Part shown: in pieces, positions 13,252 to 41,500 of the stretch
Layout of the letters: every line of letters starts with the position of its first letter
How positions within the stretch are numbered: the stretch's first letter is position 1
Program-made: the position numbers and the translations under genes
The notes under the pieces: generated by a model
Seen by the model: only the letters and a program-made list of their open reading frames with translations
What the model was told of the DNA's origin: nothing
Database searches by the model: none
DNA from: Nitrospirales bacterium
Lineage (GTDB): Bacteria > Nitrospirota > Nitrospiria > Nitrospirales > UBA8639
NCBI GenBank assembly: GCA_965203295.1
Contig: CBDBCZ010000016.1
Coordinates: 1,344,001-1,408,000 of the forward strand
DNA: 64,000 nucleotides
Direction: 5' to 3'

Positions 13252-13922
13252 CTACACGCACTCGAAAACCCTAAACCTCCTGTACTCTATCACAGTTTTG
13301 TTATTTACAATGGTTCTCTTTTCCCTACGGATCTCCTTGGTTGCCCGACACTGGCACTTGGAGCCGCATGTCTTGGGCGTCCAGAACACAACGCCTCTGC
13401 CTTTGACTGGGTTCAGCTCCTTCAGACCACATCTTCTGGTTTTGCTGGCTGCTTGCAGTTGGTTCAGTGGGCACTGTGGGTTCTGCAGCAGGAGTGATGA
13501 CAACCATTATAAATTATACATTGATTCTTTTCGCGAAACTGGTGCTTATGTACAAAGTAGGGGGATCGGGGTTCCTAAATAGTTATACAGTACACATGCA
13601 CCCAAGTAGACCAGTGTACATGTACTGTATGTATATTTTAGTAGTGCAAAACTGCACTGTGCAGACTGCACCTCCAAGGCTTCAATATGTATACAGACTC
13701 ACTATATTAAAAGCTGCAGCCTACCTTGAATGTTTGGATCATCAGAGGCTCTTCCGTCAGCACGAAATTGGTAGTGGTGGACGCGACACTAGTAGCAGCG
13801 GTGGTGTCCTCTGTGCTCGCCGGCGTGGGAGCTGCATCAGCAAGCACCAGTGCCGGCGGCGCAAGAAGGCTCCCCGCCAGCAGAAGTAGGAACACATGCG
13901 CAGCAGTCCAGCTCGACTCCAT
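13252..13922 (-). CDS. Small secreted Cys-rich protein (about 142 aa, two exons), unknown family
   Basis: Exon 1 13922-13725 encodes MESSWTAAHVFLLLLAGSLLAPPALVLA (signal-peptide-like) plus an S/T-rich stalk, with donor AAG|gtagg. Exon 2 13482-13252 (acceptor ctgctgcag|AAC, phase 0) holds 6 Cys and ends ..FRVFECV*. Confidence 0.75.
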
Positions 13923-14222
13923 AGCTACTGCCCCCGCGCGGTTGGCTGTATAGTGCAGGAAAAATAGAGCTTGCAATTAGCCGTACGTGCATATAATATA
14001 CAGTCCACAAAGGCACAAAAGATCAAAGCACACAATGTCACTATTATGCAAGAATAGTTTAATACTGCATGCGTGCTTACACAATATACGTGCACACATG
14101 CAAAGTTTGCAGCTGAACTACTAAACTCACCGCTCCACTGGTTTGTAGAGTCCCTCGCAAGCTTCAAACCGGCAATTCGCTCTCTCCCTTTTTATTAAAT
14201 ACCGTTTTAATACTCCACACAT

Positions 14223-14545
14223 ACTAATTATGTACCTACCAAAAAACAGTAGCAAACATCTGTTGCGAAGCCATAGTCCAATTCCTGTCGCATGTCCTCT
14301 TGTGGGAAGGCGGACCTTCCTGAAATTGCACAGGCGCTCTGACGCCAAAGCACGCAGGACGTGAGTTTTTTAATTTGGGGGGCGCAACAACACCTACTAC
14401 TAATTATGTACCTACCAAAAAACAGTAGCAAACATCTGTTGCGAAGCCATAGTCGCATGTCCTCTTGTAGGAAGCGGACCTTCCTGAAATTGCACAGGCG
14501 CTCTGACGCCAAAGCACGCAGGACGTGACTTTTTTTTGGCACAAC
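14223..14545. repeat. Tandem duplication of a unit of about 165-175 bp
   Basis: actaattatgtacctaccaaaaaacagtagcaaacatctgttgcgaagccatagtc...gacgccaaagcacgcaggacgtga occurs twice. Confidence 0.85.
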
Positions 14546-14700
14546 AACAAAATAATATTGCTGTTTTTAATTGATTGCACATGTTGCAAGTACATAAATT
14601 GGATACATGTAAGTATAAAGAAAAAAATGGATCGTTATTTCTTTACAGCCTGAGCTCTCTCCTGCATGTGTTCGCTCTCACTCAGCTGACACTCTGCCAA

Positions 14701-22845
<8,145 letters not shown>

Positions 22846-22986
22846 CTTCATTCAAGAATTTCCCGCGCACGCGAATTATTAGAACACATACATGTACATG
22901 GCTCAGTACTAACTACAGTACACATGCATCACACACTGTATGTACTGTACATGTACTACTATGCGGAGGCAAATATCACGCAAATA

Positions 22987-29337
<6,351 letters not shown>

Positions 29338-29428
29338 GTTCTCTATTGAAAGGTCAAAGGTTGTAAGACTGCAGTCTCACTCCCAAAACCGCGACCGGAA
29401 TGGCACCGGGCAGGCACGCACACGTGTC
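29338..29428. promoter_or_regulatory. Putative bidirectional promoter of UCHL3 and PAM17-like
   Basis: The two divergent ATGs are only 91 bp apart. The gap is CpG-rich and includes CCGGAA and CACGTG. Confidence 0.65.
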
Positions 29429-31323
<1,895 letters not shown>

Positions 31324-31639
31324 TCATCCTCACTGTTTGTGCATTGCTAGGATTTTTCGTTGGCTGTCTCCATTTTGTATGATTGTATACCCCAGCTACA
31401 TAACATTGTAAGAAATAATAAAATGCTTTGCCAGCCAATGGCATGCACATTTACACTTTATATTAGCGCCTACATTCACATAGAACTATATATACATGGG
31501 GGCTAAAACTTGGCTGGGAAAGAATAATGAACTGGTGCTGTATAAAGGTATATAAAAACTACCACATAATTATAGTGTGTAAGTGTGCATGCATGAATGT
31601 GACAATAATATACATTTGCAAGCTGATGAAGAGCTGTCT

Positions 31640-34600
31640 TCACTTCGATCCATTCTGAAGGACACTAATCAACTATAATTGTGGTGTGTGTGTGTGTATT
31701 AAATTTTGTAATAATTAAATCGATTAATTCAGACAACAGATTGATTCAAAGCATGCCTACAATGATTATATATATGTTACGGATGAGTTTACCCTGGCAA
31801 CATTCACGCTCCCCAAGTGTAGCAGCAGCTGCAGCCCATTCAACCAAATCTTGAAGTCTTCAGAGGACAGGGCAACCACATCAAGGACCCTACAGAGTTC
31901 GAGTATATAGTCATGTAGTTTGTATCAATTGCTGCTGCATATATACGTATACCTTGAAGTGGTAAAGATGGTGAAAGAGAACTTGTGTTTGTTGAGAGGA
32001 TCGAAGTCCTTCCTCCCAAACACTGCTGGACTAGCTGAGGAGCGCACGCCAACCAGCAGGTCTGCATGGTGATAGCGTGAGTTGATACACGCATTGTATT
32101 CACCCTATGTTAATACGGTGTGTCCTACCAGTCTTTGTATCCTTGCTGCTGGCATCCCTAGTCTTCGACCAACAGATCTGAAATCCAAGGTAGTATGCAT
32201 CAAGCTAAACAACAATGGAAATGTTTGAGGAGCACAGTCTTAATCTGGAGCTGCAGTATCCCTTCCACTGGAATATAGATCAACTACGTATAGATAGCGA
32301 GATGCAATACTGGCTGTATACCTTGAGGTTGGATGGGTTAACTTGGAAGAACCTTGGATGCAGCGCCCCTTTTCCATTGTTGGTGAATTTACTAATCCAT
32401 GAACCTGCACACACAGTCTGTAGATATGATAAGAAGTGCTCTATAAGTTCATTACTCAACAAACATTGCAGGTGTAATGGTTCTGCATTGGCTTTAATAA
32501 TTCATTTCACCTCTATCTGAAGGATCTGTTCTTTCGTCAGAATTTTTTTCACTTCCTCAGGGTCAAGGAGTTGCCCTTCCTGCAGGGGATCACAGTTAGT
32601 ATGCAACAGTTAGTATGCAAAAGCAGCCACCCTTTGTGCTACCGATTCTTTTTTTTGTTGTTCAAAAATCTTATCTCTCAAAGGCGGGAGCTTTTATTTG
32701 GAGATGAGCAGCTACTCTAATGGGCACACAATGTGCTGTACATGCATGACTCACCTGCTGCTGTAAGGCTCTGGCACCCACTGAGACTGCAGTGGTACCA
32801 TAGGCAAGGAAGGAGTGGTACCTGAAAGGAAAAGAGTTTGTTTTTTGTGTAACATTCTGACATTACAGGGTTCAGTACACAGCTATAAGTGCTGAACCTC
32901 AATCACTCTTGATGCTGAACCACAGTAGGCTGCTAAATTAGCGAATAGATTGCCCCCCCCCCCCCCCCCCCCCCTTGCAGAACAGTGGCTACATGCCTTT
33001 GCTGGGTCTCCCGCCAGGAAAGGCTCCAGTTTTGGTTTTCAAGAAGGATCAAGTCTGCTTCGTTTTTTAGCTAGTGGGCAGCTAGACCCAGTGCCCTTTG
33101 GGGCATGCTAAAGATCTAGTCGAGTACTGGTCACTTTATTTATGGGTAACACAGTTGAGGTTCATAACAGTAGAAGGAAAACAATATTATCGCCTAGCTG
33201 GACTTCCCAGTGACTGAACCAAGGCCACTCTGTAAGGCTTCCTAAACAAAAAAAACATATCATTCCATTAGTGCAACACCCACACTTCTGCCTGCACTCC
33301 TTCATCCCCCCCCCCCCAAAAAAAAGGGGGCCCATAGCAAAAAAGTTCAACTCAGAAGAAAATCCTTGAATTTATGAGGCACTTATGCACTCGTAAGGCT
33401 TTTAGCCTTGGTTGCAGTCTACTGTGTAGGGCATGAAGGAAGCTCACCCAACATCTGGCTCATCAACACCATCGGCCTTGGATAGTAGCAGACCACAGTA
33501 GTGCAGGCCTCTCTCTACAGCATAGTCCAACGCCGTGTGGTCACTGGAATCTCTGATACTGGAATCAGCTGTGTGTGTGTAAATAATGTAATATGTGTAT
33601 ATACTCATTTCTGGAGTTGCTAGTATGGTATTTGCTTCATTCCCAGGCTCTACTCCCCAACTTTCTTCTGAGATAAAAGCTGGGGAGCAGAGCCTGAGAA
33701 TGAAGGTTGGTATGGTATATAAATTAGTGTACTGCATATACCTCCATTTGCAAGAAGTGCCCTGATGACCTCAGGGTTCTCGCAAACTGTAGCCCAATGA
33801 AGAGGAGTCCGGCTGAAATCAAGAGTGAAACCAATTAGAAACCCACAACTGAGAGAACATGTGGTTATACACACTTAATTTCTACAACATTAAAAGCACA
33901 CCAATTTTCATCCATGTCATCGACAGATGTTGGTCTAACAGCTTTAATTAAGCTCACAGCCTTGGCACATCCCTGAAAAGTGGCAATAGAATAAGATAAC
34001 AAATATCGCTATAAAGATGATTAACATTGAATAAAATATTTACCTGCTCTGCTGCCTGGTGCATAACAGTCTTTCCCTTGCTGTCACAGTATTGGGAGGA
34101 TTCCGTGGTGATAAGTACCTATAGAGGTATATAGGCATATGGTTTAGTTATTCACTGTACATGCAAGTATCGAACTAAGTGTATAGTCCACAACAATCCA
34201 TTATGTTCACATTTGTTAATACTGCTCCATAATATATTAAGCTCGTGCTCATAACCGTGTGGCTTACCTGAAGTGCTCTTAAGTCGTGCCTTTGCACAGA
34301 CCAGTGTACAGCAGTCATACCATCCATGTCAGCCAAAGCAGGGTCTGCAGTGGAACAGTATCATGAAATGAAGGACTTGGTTAAATTGTTATTCTCATCT
34401 GCCTGGCCATTTGATCTCAAAGTAATAGGCAGATACTCTTCTGCAGTAAAGTACACAAGTAACGAGCTCCCTAGACCTGGGGGCGAGTTGTTTGCAACTA
34501 CCAAAGGTTAAATTTCATTCTCTTCTTCTAAAGAACCAATAATACACAGCAGCAGTTACTGTATGAGCATACCTGCTCCCCTCTGCTTTAGCTTCTCAAT

Positions 34601-37600
34601 GTGCTCTGGCTTGACGTGAAAGGCTGCCCACATCAGTGGAGTCATCATGGCACCATCCCTGATGTTTGCATCAAGACTGGGCACCTGTAATACAGATGCA
34701 GTGTATAGTGTACAATGCATATAGCTATATCATGATTGTCTCACGTATACTTAATACACTTGTAGTGGTAATGCAGCAACTGACCTTATCCAAGAGTATA
34801 TCGACTGTCTCTGGGTTCTGGTTGTTGGTGCACCAATGGAGAGGAGTTCTTCCATCCTTGTCCTGATGAAATGATTGCTAGTCCTCAACTGACAATGCTG
34901 ATATAGCTAGCTAGTCTACACTGGAATGATTTCAAGGTGGTAGGTCCAAATCTGTATCCTAAAGTCTATAGCAGTTGATAACCTCTCAAAATCTCAGGGG
35001 TGCACACACAATATTCTAAAGCTGCTCACCGCTAAAGTTTTAACCTGGTACATGGATGCACCAAACTCATGTTACAGTACCAACGGATGTAGTAAACATT
35101 TAAGAAGTCCATCACTAATTGAGGGACTACTGAGATCAGGGTTTTTAATCTAAGGGTGGGTGAATACTAAGTATATAAATACCCTCCAACACAACTTTGA
35201 CTCAAAGAGGAAGATGGGTGGATAATACATTATGGGCGTACAATATGTAGTTTACGTACGGTACACACATGCACGGAGGCATTTCTAATAGAATTCAGGG
35301 TCATTTATACATAGTAGCTAAGTACATAAGACTGAAGGGGATGGTTCTAGAACTTTTCTGTTACACTGTATAGCAATTAATTCAAATACCTAATACATGC
35401 ACCATCAATCTAAGTGCTCAAGTGGAACACCAAATGCTTCAGTCTAACTAAAGTATCGGTGAGGCTATTTCCCACTTACCCTCTTCAGTCCATCAGCCCC
35501 AAGACTCAACAGCAGTGCTACCATCTCAACTGTGCCGGAATATGCAGCCTGGTGGAGACATGTGCTACCATCTGCAATATAAAAAAAAGTGTTGGAATGG
35601 AATTCATCTATATAGCCTACTAATGACTGGCTCAATGCAGAAGCTAGCAGAGTCTACAGCTGCAGCTGCCACAAACTCACCGTCAGCGTCTTCATTGACA
35701 TTAGCTCCAGCCTCCGCCAGTAGCTTGACACACTGAACTCGCTCGTTGTGGACAGCATGCATGAACGGGGTACGCCCCTCGCTGTCCCTGATATCCACTC
35801 CCTCTCTCTTGCAGAAGTTGTCCGTGCCTAGCACCAGCTCCACAGTGTCCTGCAGGATGGGCAGCTGGGAGAGGATCTCAGAGAGCGCTTTCTTGTTGCC
35901 GCTTGCTGCTGCGTAGTGCAGTGGCTGCATATCCTGGGAGCTACCAGTTGGGAAGTTCACGGCCTGACTGTGTGGAAACTCCGACGTGCCCCGTACAGAT
36001 ACGAGGTGGACGTTTCCCTTGTCTTCGTGCTTCTTAAGGCCTTTGTAAAGAGCTGGATCGAACGCTGCCACTTGAGTTTCAGTGTAGTGTTGTGACTGCC
36101 CATCAGGTTCTTCGACACTGTCATATTCGGGATCATGTGATATCATGTGACTGTCACCTGATACTGATAGAGTGCTCTGCCTTGAGGCTTCAGCTGCAGA
36201 AAGATTAGCGATGACAAAGCTGGTATCTGCTTCAGTAGGCTCATAGCACTCTAACTTGGGCATTGCTGCGATAATTTCGGGTTCTTTGTAGGTGGCTTCT
36301 TTCTTATGCGTACTAGCTTGGTCGGCAGGCGAAAATCTCGTTTGAGTTCTCTCCTGTGCAGAAGTGGCTGGGCTAAGAGAGGCTATATCCTCGAGGGAAG
36401 ATGACCGTCTCTTCTTTGGCTTCACCTTCACCACAGTGCTATATACTGGCTCGTATGGGGCAGGTTGGCCTCCAGCTGTAGAATAGGAAACTCTATTGTT
36501 AACAGTGTGAACACGTTTTAGCCTAGGTCCCAGTCTCCACTCCCCAGCTTTTTTCCTACATAATTGCAAAATAAGCTTACATGCATGTAATATTGAATTC
36601 TGTAATAATAGCTACTGTGGAGACTGGGAACAAAGCTAAACACAATATAGAATCAAAGAGCTATTACTCTCTGGAGTACTGGAGTGACTGGTACCTGGTG
36701 TGAAATCACTCTTAATTACCTGACGTGTCAGCAGTTTTGAGCGTGGCAGTGACGGTGGTTATTGCTGGGGCAGCGATAGCGGTAGCGCGACTTTCCTCCT
36801 CCTCCTTGCTGAGAGGGGCACTACCGGGTCTCGCTTTGCTTTGCTTCTTCCCCTGCACGAGCCTCCTGCCCAGCGAGACGGCATTACTCGGCCGTTGTGG
36901 TGTGATGTCTGGCAGTGGCTCAGCAGGGGCTGTGGTTGGGCTCGGAGCTACCTTGTTGCGTCGCAACATCAGCTTCTTAGGAGTCGTCTGCTGTTGGGGA
37001 GGCCTCTTTCCACTGAGGACTGCGTCTTTGCGGAGCTCTGATGTGCAAAGGTGATAATATTTTAGGGTGAGTATGTGAATGTAGCTAGATATAATGCACA
37101 TGCCTATACAAATACAACATTTCAAAGCACACAAAAAACGCTAATTAAAATGATCATGAATTGAAATGAGAGTCTGCACATCTAAACATATGCTTACCCT
37201 GTACACCACTCCTTGGCTTGCTGAATGGTGACCACGTCTTGCGCTCAGCTGTTTTGTCTTTCTCACTTTCTGGCGCTGGTTGAAAACCTGCATTCTTTAC
37301 CTGTGTAATGAATACGGGCATGAAAGCATACTACCACTGCAGTTAGCAATAAAATGGTTTTTGGGTGATATAGCTTATTACTGACTGGTATATTGGTAGT
37401 TCCTGATTCATCGTCACCTTCTGTTCCACCTGTATGAAATATTAAAGCATGTGTCAATTTGTAGGTTTGTCAGATATAGCAACTTCGAATGTTGAACATA
37501 AGTTTAGTGAAACAGTTCTCACAAAGCTGTTTCTAGGAGGTGATGGCAATCATGATTTATTTTGTCTACAGCTAAATGCTCAATCTCATTATTCGATTGT

Positions 37601-38392
37601 TTCGTACACACATTTCCTTCATATTTTGCAAGGGAGGAGATGGCAAAAGTATAATGTTATGCAATAGAAAGAGCACATTAATTGTTGATACACTCACATA
37701 CTAGTGGTTCATTATGGCTGAATGAACATGTGTTAGTGCATGCATCTTCAAGACACTCTCTAACCTACTGGATTCCCAACTTACTAAGGTCTACGTTGAA
37801 CTGTTGAGGTTCCTCTGGGGGTGGCCAGGCCTTTGGTGGGGTCCCCTCCAGGACTGGGGTACCAGAGGGCTCCACCTCGGTCACATCATGTTTCTTATCA
37901 CCATCACTAGCCAGTGTGCCCTGACCAAACATGATAGGTGGTAAAAGCACATGAAATCAGCTACTCTATCGATACAGCATTCTGCTTGAATGTCTTATAA
38001 AATAGTGTTCTGAAATCTGATATTTCTATTGGATGGAGCTTTAAAATGTGAATCAGTGGAGAGTACAATCTGAATTGGATCTTTCATTCTGTTTGTTTGT
38101 CTGGACCCCTACAATCTGCTAGACTGATTTTGTAGCTGTGGTATTGCTTAAGTTTGATACATGACCAGCCACAATTGACATCATCAGTACGTCAGCCCTC
38201 CAGGAGGGTGGTAGACAGAAGTCTGGGTGAGTGGGGGACATTCAAATCCCAGTCAGGCATCTTACTTGCCTCTTTGATGACATTCTTGAGCTTATCAATA
38301 TCCGGAGCTCCTTCTTGCTGCTGCAGCAAGGTGCGGGGTAAGTCCTCCTTCGACTCTGAAGGAACTACGCCAGGCAGGAGAGGGTTTGCCAT
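31640..38392 (-). CDS. Ankyrin-repeat protein (inversin-like repeats) with a C-terminal PH domain, about 21 exons
   Basis: Exons include 38392-38270, 37920-37785, 37429-37386, 37300-37198, 37037-36720, 36475-35681 (PLHYAA, GRTPFMHAV) and 35571-35480. Further ankyrin exons (GRTPLHW, MTPLMWAA, GMTAVHW, GKTVMHQAA, RTPLHWA, HTALDYA) run to 33448. PH-like exons follow: 32417-32322 (GSWISKFTNNGKGALHPRFFQVNP), 32177-32129 (ICWSK), 32071-31953 (FSFTIFT), 31889-31793 (RVLDVVA..FKIWLNGLQLL), 31654-31640. Confidence 0.85.
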
Positions 38393-38546
38393 GATGGCGC
38401 CAGCGTAAAAAAGGGGGTGTGGCTCGTTTGAAACTTGCGGGGTTGCAACCTTTGGGGGCGTGGCTAACTCCGTCCCATTCACGAATTTCGATCCTGCAGA
38501 CTAGACTCTAGATCTATTAGACGAAAGGCTGAAAGGCTATAGCGAG
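38393..38546. promoter_or_regulatory. Putative bidirectional promoter of the ankyrin-PH gene and aminotransferase A
   Basis: The divergent ATGs are 154 bp apart. A GC-box GGGGGCGTGGC at about 38454 is retained in the duplicated copies. Confidence 0.6.
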
Positions 38547-41500
38547 ATGTCTGCCGTACCAGCCCGCAGTAACTCTGCCACCCTCTTCGACTACGTTTCT
38601 CCTCCGGGCGTGACCAACTTCAAGATGGGCGCCCCGGGGGTCGAAACCCTTTCGAAGTGCACGGAGATCCTGAAAAAGGCTACCATACATAGAATGGTAG
38701 GCAAATCCAGCATGACATCATCTATATTTCACGGTGCATTGAGTTGTACATAACCCATACTTAAATTCGAAAGTAGGTATACTGTTAGGCCATAGCAGGG
38801 TTAGGGCCTACGTACCGCTCGCTAGTCTTGTGGGCCAGACCAACCGCAAAAATCGTCTGGCCCGCGAGACTAGGCTACCGCCTGCACAGACTTCTCAAAG
38901 TTCAACCAACAGTACAATTATACGTTCTATTTCCGCCCTGAATATAGTTATAGAAGCCGTTGAATAACATCATAGAAATACATGCAACCTTTGAAAACCA
39001 CTAGGCTGTGCCCTCTTTTTTTTTGCCTATTATGCTATTCCCTTTTTGCCCTTGTATGTAACATTACCTTCCATCAAATTCCGATACCTCCTTCCTTCTC
39101 TCTTCCCGATGACCTTTCAACGGGGTGCACATGAGGATCCAGGAACATGACTGAATGTCCTATACATTAGTATCTCTTCTCAATACATGGATTTGCGAGA
39201 CCGTTTAGCGACCATTTATACTTATTTAGATACTAAATTAGATAACCTCACCCCCTCCTATTTACGGTCGGTTGGCAAAAAAAATGATATTGAACGGGGA
39301 TAATGTACAGAGTGCTAGTTGCAGCCTATGTAGCTCTCACCTCGTCATAGCCGTACTTTCGGCACGAAAGGTATGGTGTTGTTTCATGGAGCCCTTTAAC
39401 ATACTGGAGTGTAGATATTCAACCACACTCTCGGCCAGAGCTACAAAGGCAAATACCACTGCCGCTGTACTTTTCTCCTACCTTTTTGCCAACCGACCAG
39501 AAGGGATGTGGCTATCTAATTTAGGGTCTAAATGTCGCTAAACGGTTTTCGCTAATCCGCATGCTTACACTGAAGATAGACTGCCACTAAAGTAATGACT
39601 GCAGCAGTGTGGTTGACCTTTGGTACTTTCAGGTAGTGGAAAATGTAGTTTGGCAAGCCTCCAGTAATTCTATTGTGAATATTCAAGGGGGGGTCACTCC
39701 CATAGGCTCTGTAGTCACAACTGCGACCGCGGGTCAAAGTTTGACCAGCTCTTTTCAGTAGTTTGACTGTTGACCATGCTGATTTTCTCCCGTTAACCTT
39801 TGACCGCTCTACAATTTTGACCGTCGATTGTGCAAGGGACTTTCCCTAAAGCTTGCTGCTCGATCTGAGTCTACCGAAAAGCACTCGAGTGACAAACTAC
39901 AGTCTGTTGTTCTTGCGTACGAGTCCATCCATTCCGCACTACGACCTGCCATTGTCAGCGTTGACCGTATTCCTGAGCGTGCTTTGACCGTTGACCACAC
40001 CCTTTTGAGCGGCTTTGACCGTTGACCATTGACCGATGGCAGTCGCACTTGTGACTACAGAGTCTATGGGGGTGACCTCCCCCTGATTATCTCATCATCT
40101 CTATTTCACAACTAGCATGATATTCACAGCACTTGTACTGCATTATGTGATTGTTTATCACTCCCAAAGAATTTGTACATACCTCAAAAACTAAACTTCG
40201 GCCTCACAGTCAGTCGTGCAGGGTGACTATCATGATTATTACCGTAGGACTGGTTTACGATGATGTGAAAGTAATTCTTTTGAAGCTTGCAAAAATTAAA
40301 ACGCATACGCATATATACGAACACAAAATATAAAGTATGTGATTTGTGTTGAAAACATACAAATGCAATGATTTTCATGTGCAATTAAAACCACTCCCAT
40401 GGTAATACATGTAGTAAGGAATGTTTTTGTACTGGGGACTGACATATATCCCAATGTTGATATTCGAGTATTTCCCCATGGAATTGTCATGGATATCTCA
40501 CGATGTAATTTTCAATTCCTCCCCAGGATGAGCCCAATGCTCACCAGCTGTTCCAGTACGGGCCTGAGTCGGGGGACCGACAGTTTCTGGAGACACTGGC
40601 TTCCTTTCTCACTGAGGAGTACCAGTCTCCTGTGCAGGCGTATGTCAGAGTCAGCTGTAATTTTAGCACAGTCAATTCTTCATGATTTACGTAGAGTATT
40701 TAACATCAGAATACCTGTACTTTTTGTTTCGAAGTTGCACGTTTGAGATTGCTATACTTATACCAATACACTCCCCTTCCATCCCATTCCTTCCCTCCTT
40801 TCCTTTCCCTCCCCTCCCCTCCCCTCCTCTCCCCTCCCCTCCCCTCTCCTCCCCTCCCCTCCCCTCCCCTCCCCTCCCCTCCCCTCCCCTCCCCTCCCCT
40901 CCCCTCCCCTCCCCTCCCCTCCCCTCCCCTCCCCTCCCCTCCCCTCCCCTCCCCTCCAGCGATGACATGATTGTCACAGCAGGTGCAACCCAGGCTTTGA
41001 ATGTGTTGACACACTTGCTGTTCTCAAATGGCGACTTAGTTTTCATGGAAGATCCCACCTACTTTCTTAGTATCAGAATGCTGGAGAGTGAACACGGGAT
41101 GAAGTATGCCTCAGGTACATGTACATAATTGTTTAACACACTGATCTGTAGTGTGACCTCATTCTCAGGTCTGCACCGTTTTTAAAGTCATTTGTATAAC
41201 CAAAAATAGCCCAGGCCTGGGAATGAGGCTATTGGTAGTCGTCTTCAAGCCAGAAAAGCTCCACGACCAATAGACGTACACGTATTAACATTGGTTTGAC
41301 ATCACCGCTCCTAAATGATAATGTATATGCATTTACGTATGATATACTAGCCCCATTCCCAGGCTCTGCTGCCCAGTTTTTTTCTTTTTGCATGTAGTAA
41401 AATGGGCAGTAGAGCCTGGGAATGAGACTATGGTATACAAATAGAGACTGTAGAAAATTATCTTCATACAGCACAACAACTTGCTATCCCTGTTTTAAAG

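Noticed and set aside
36668..36719. Frame-preserving 27-nt microexon in the ankyrin-PH gene
   Set aside because: It would need a 25-nt intron (36695-36719), far shorter than the others here, and the flanking exons join in frame without it.
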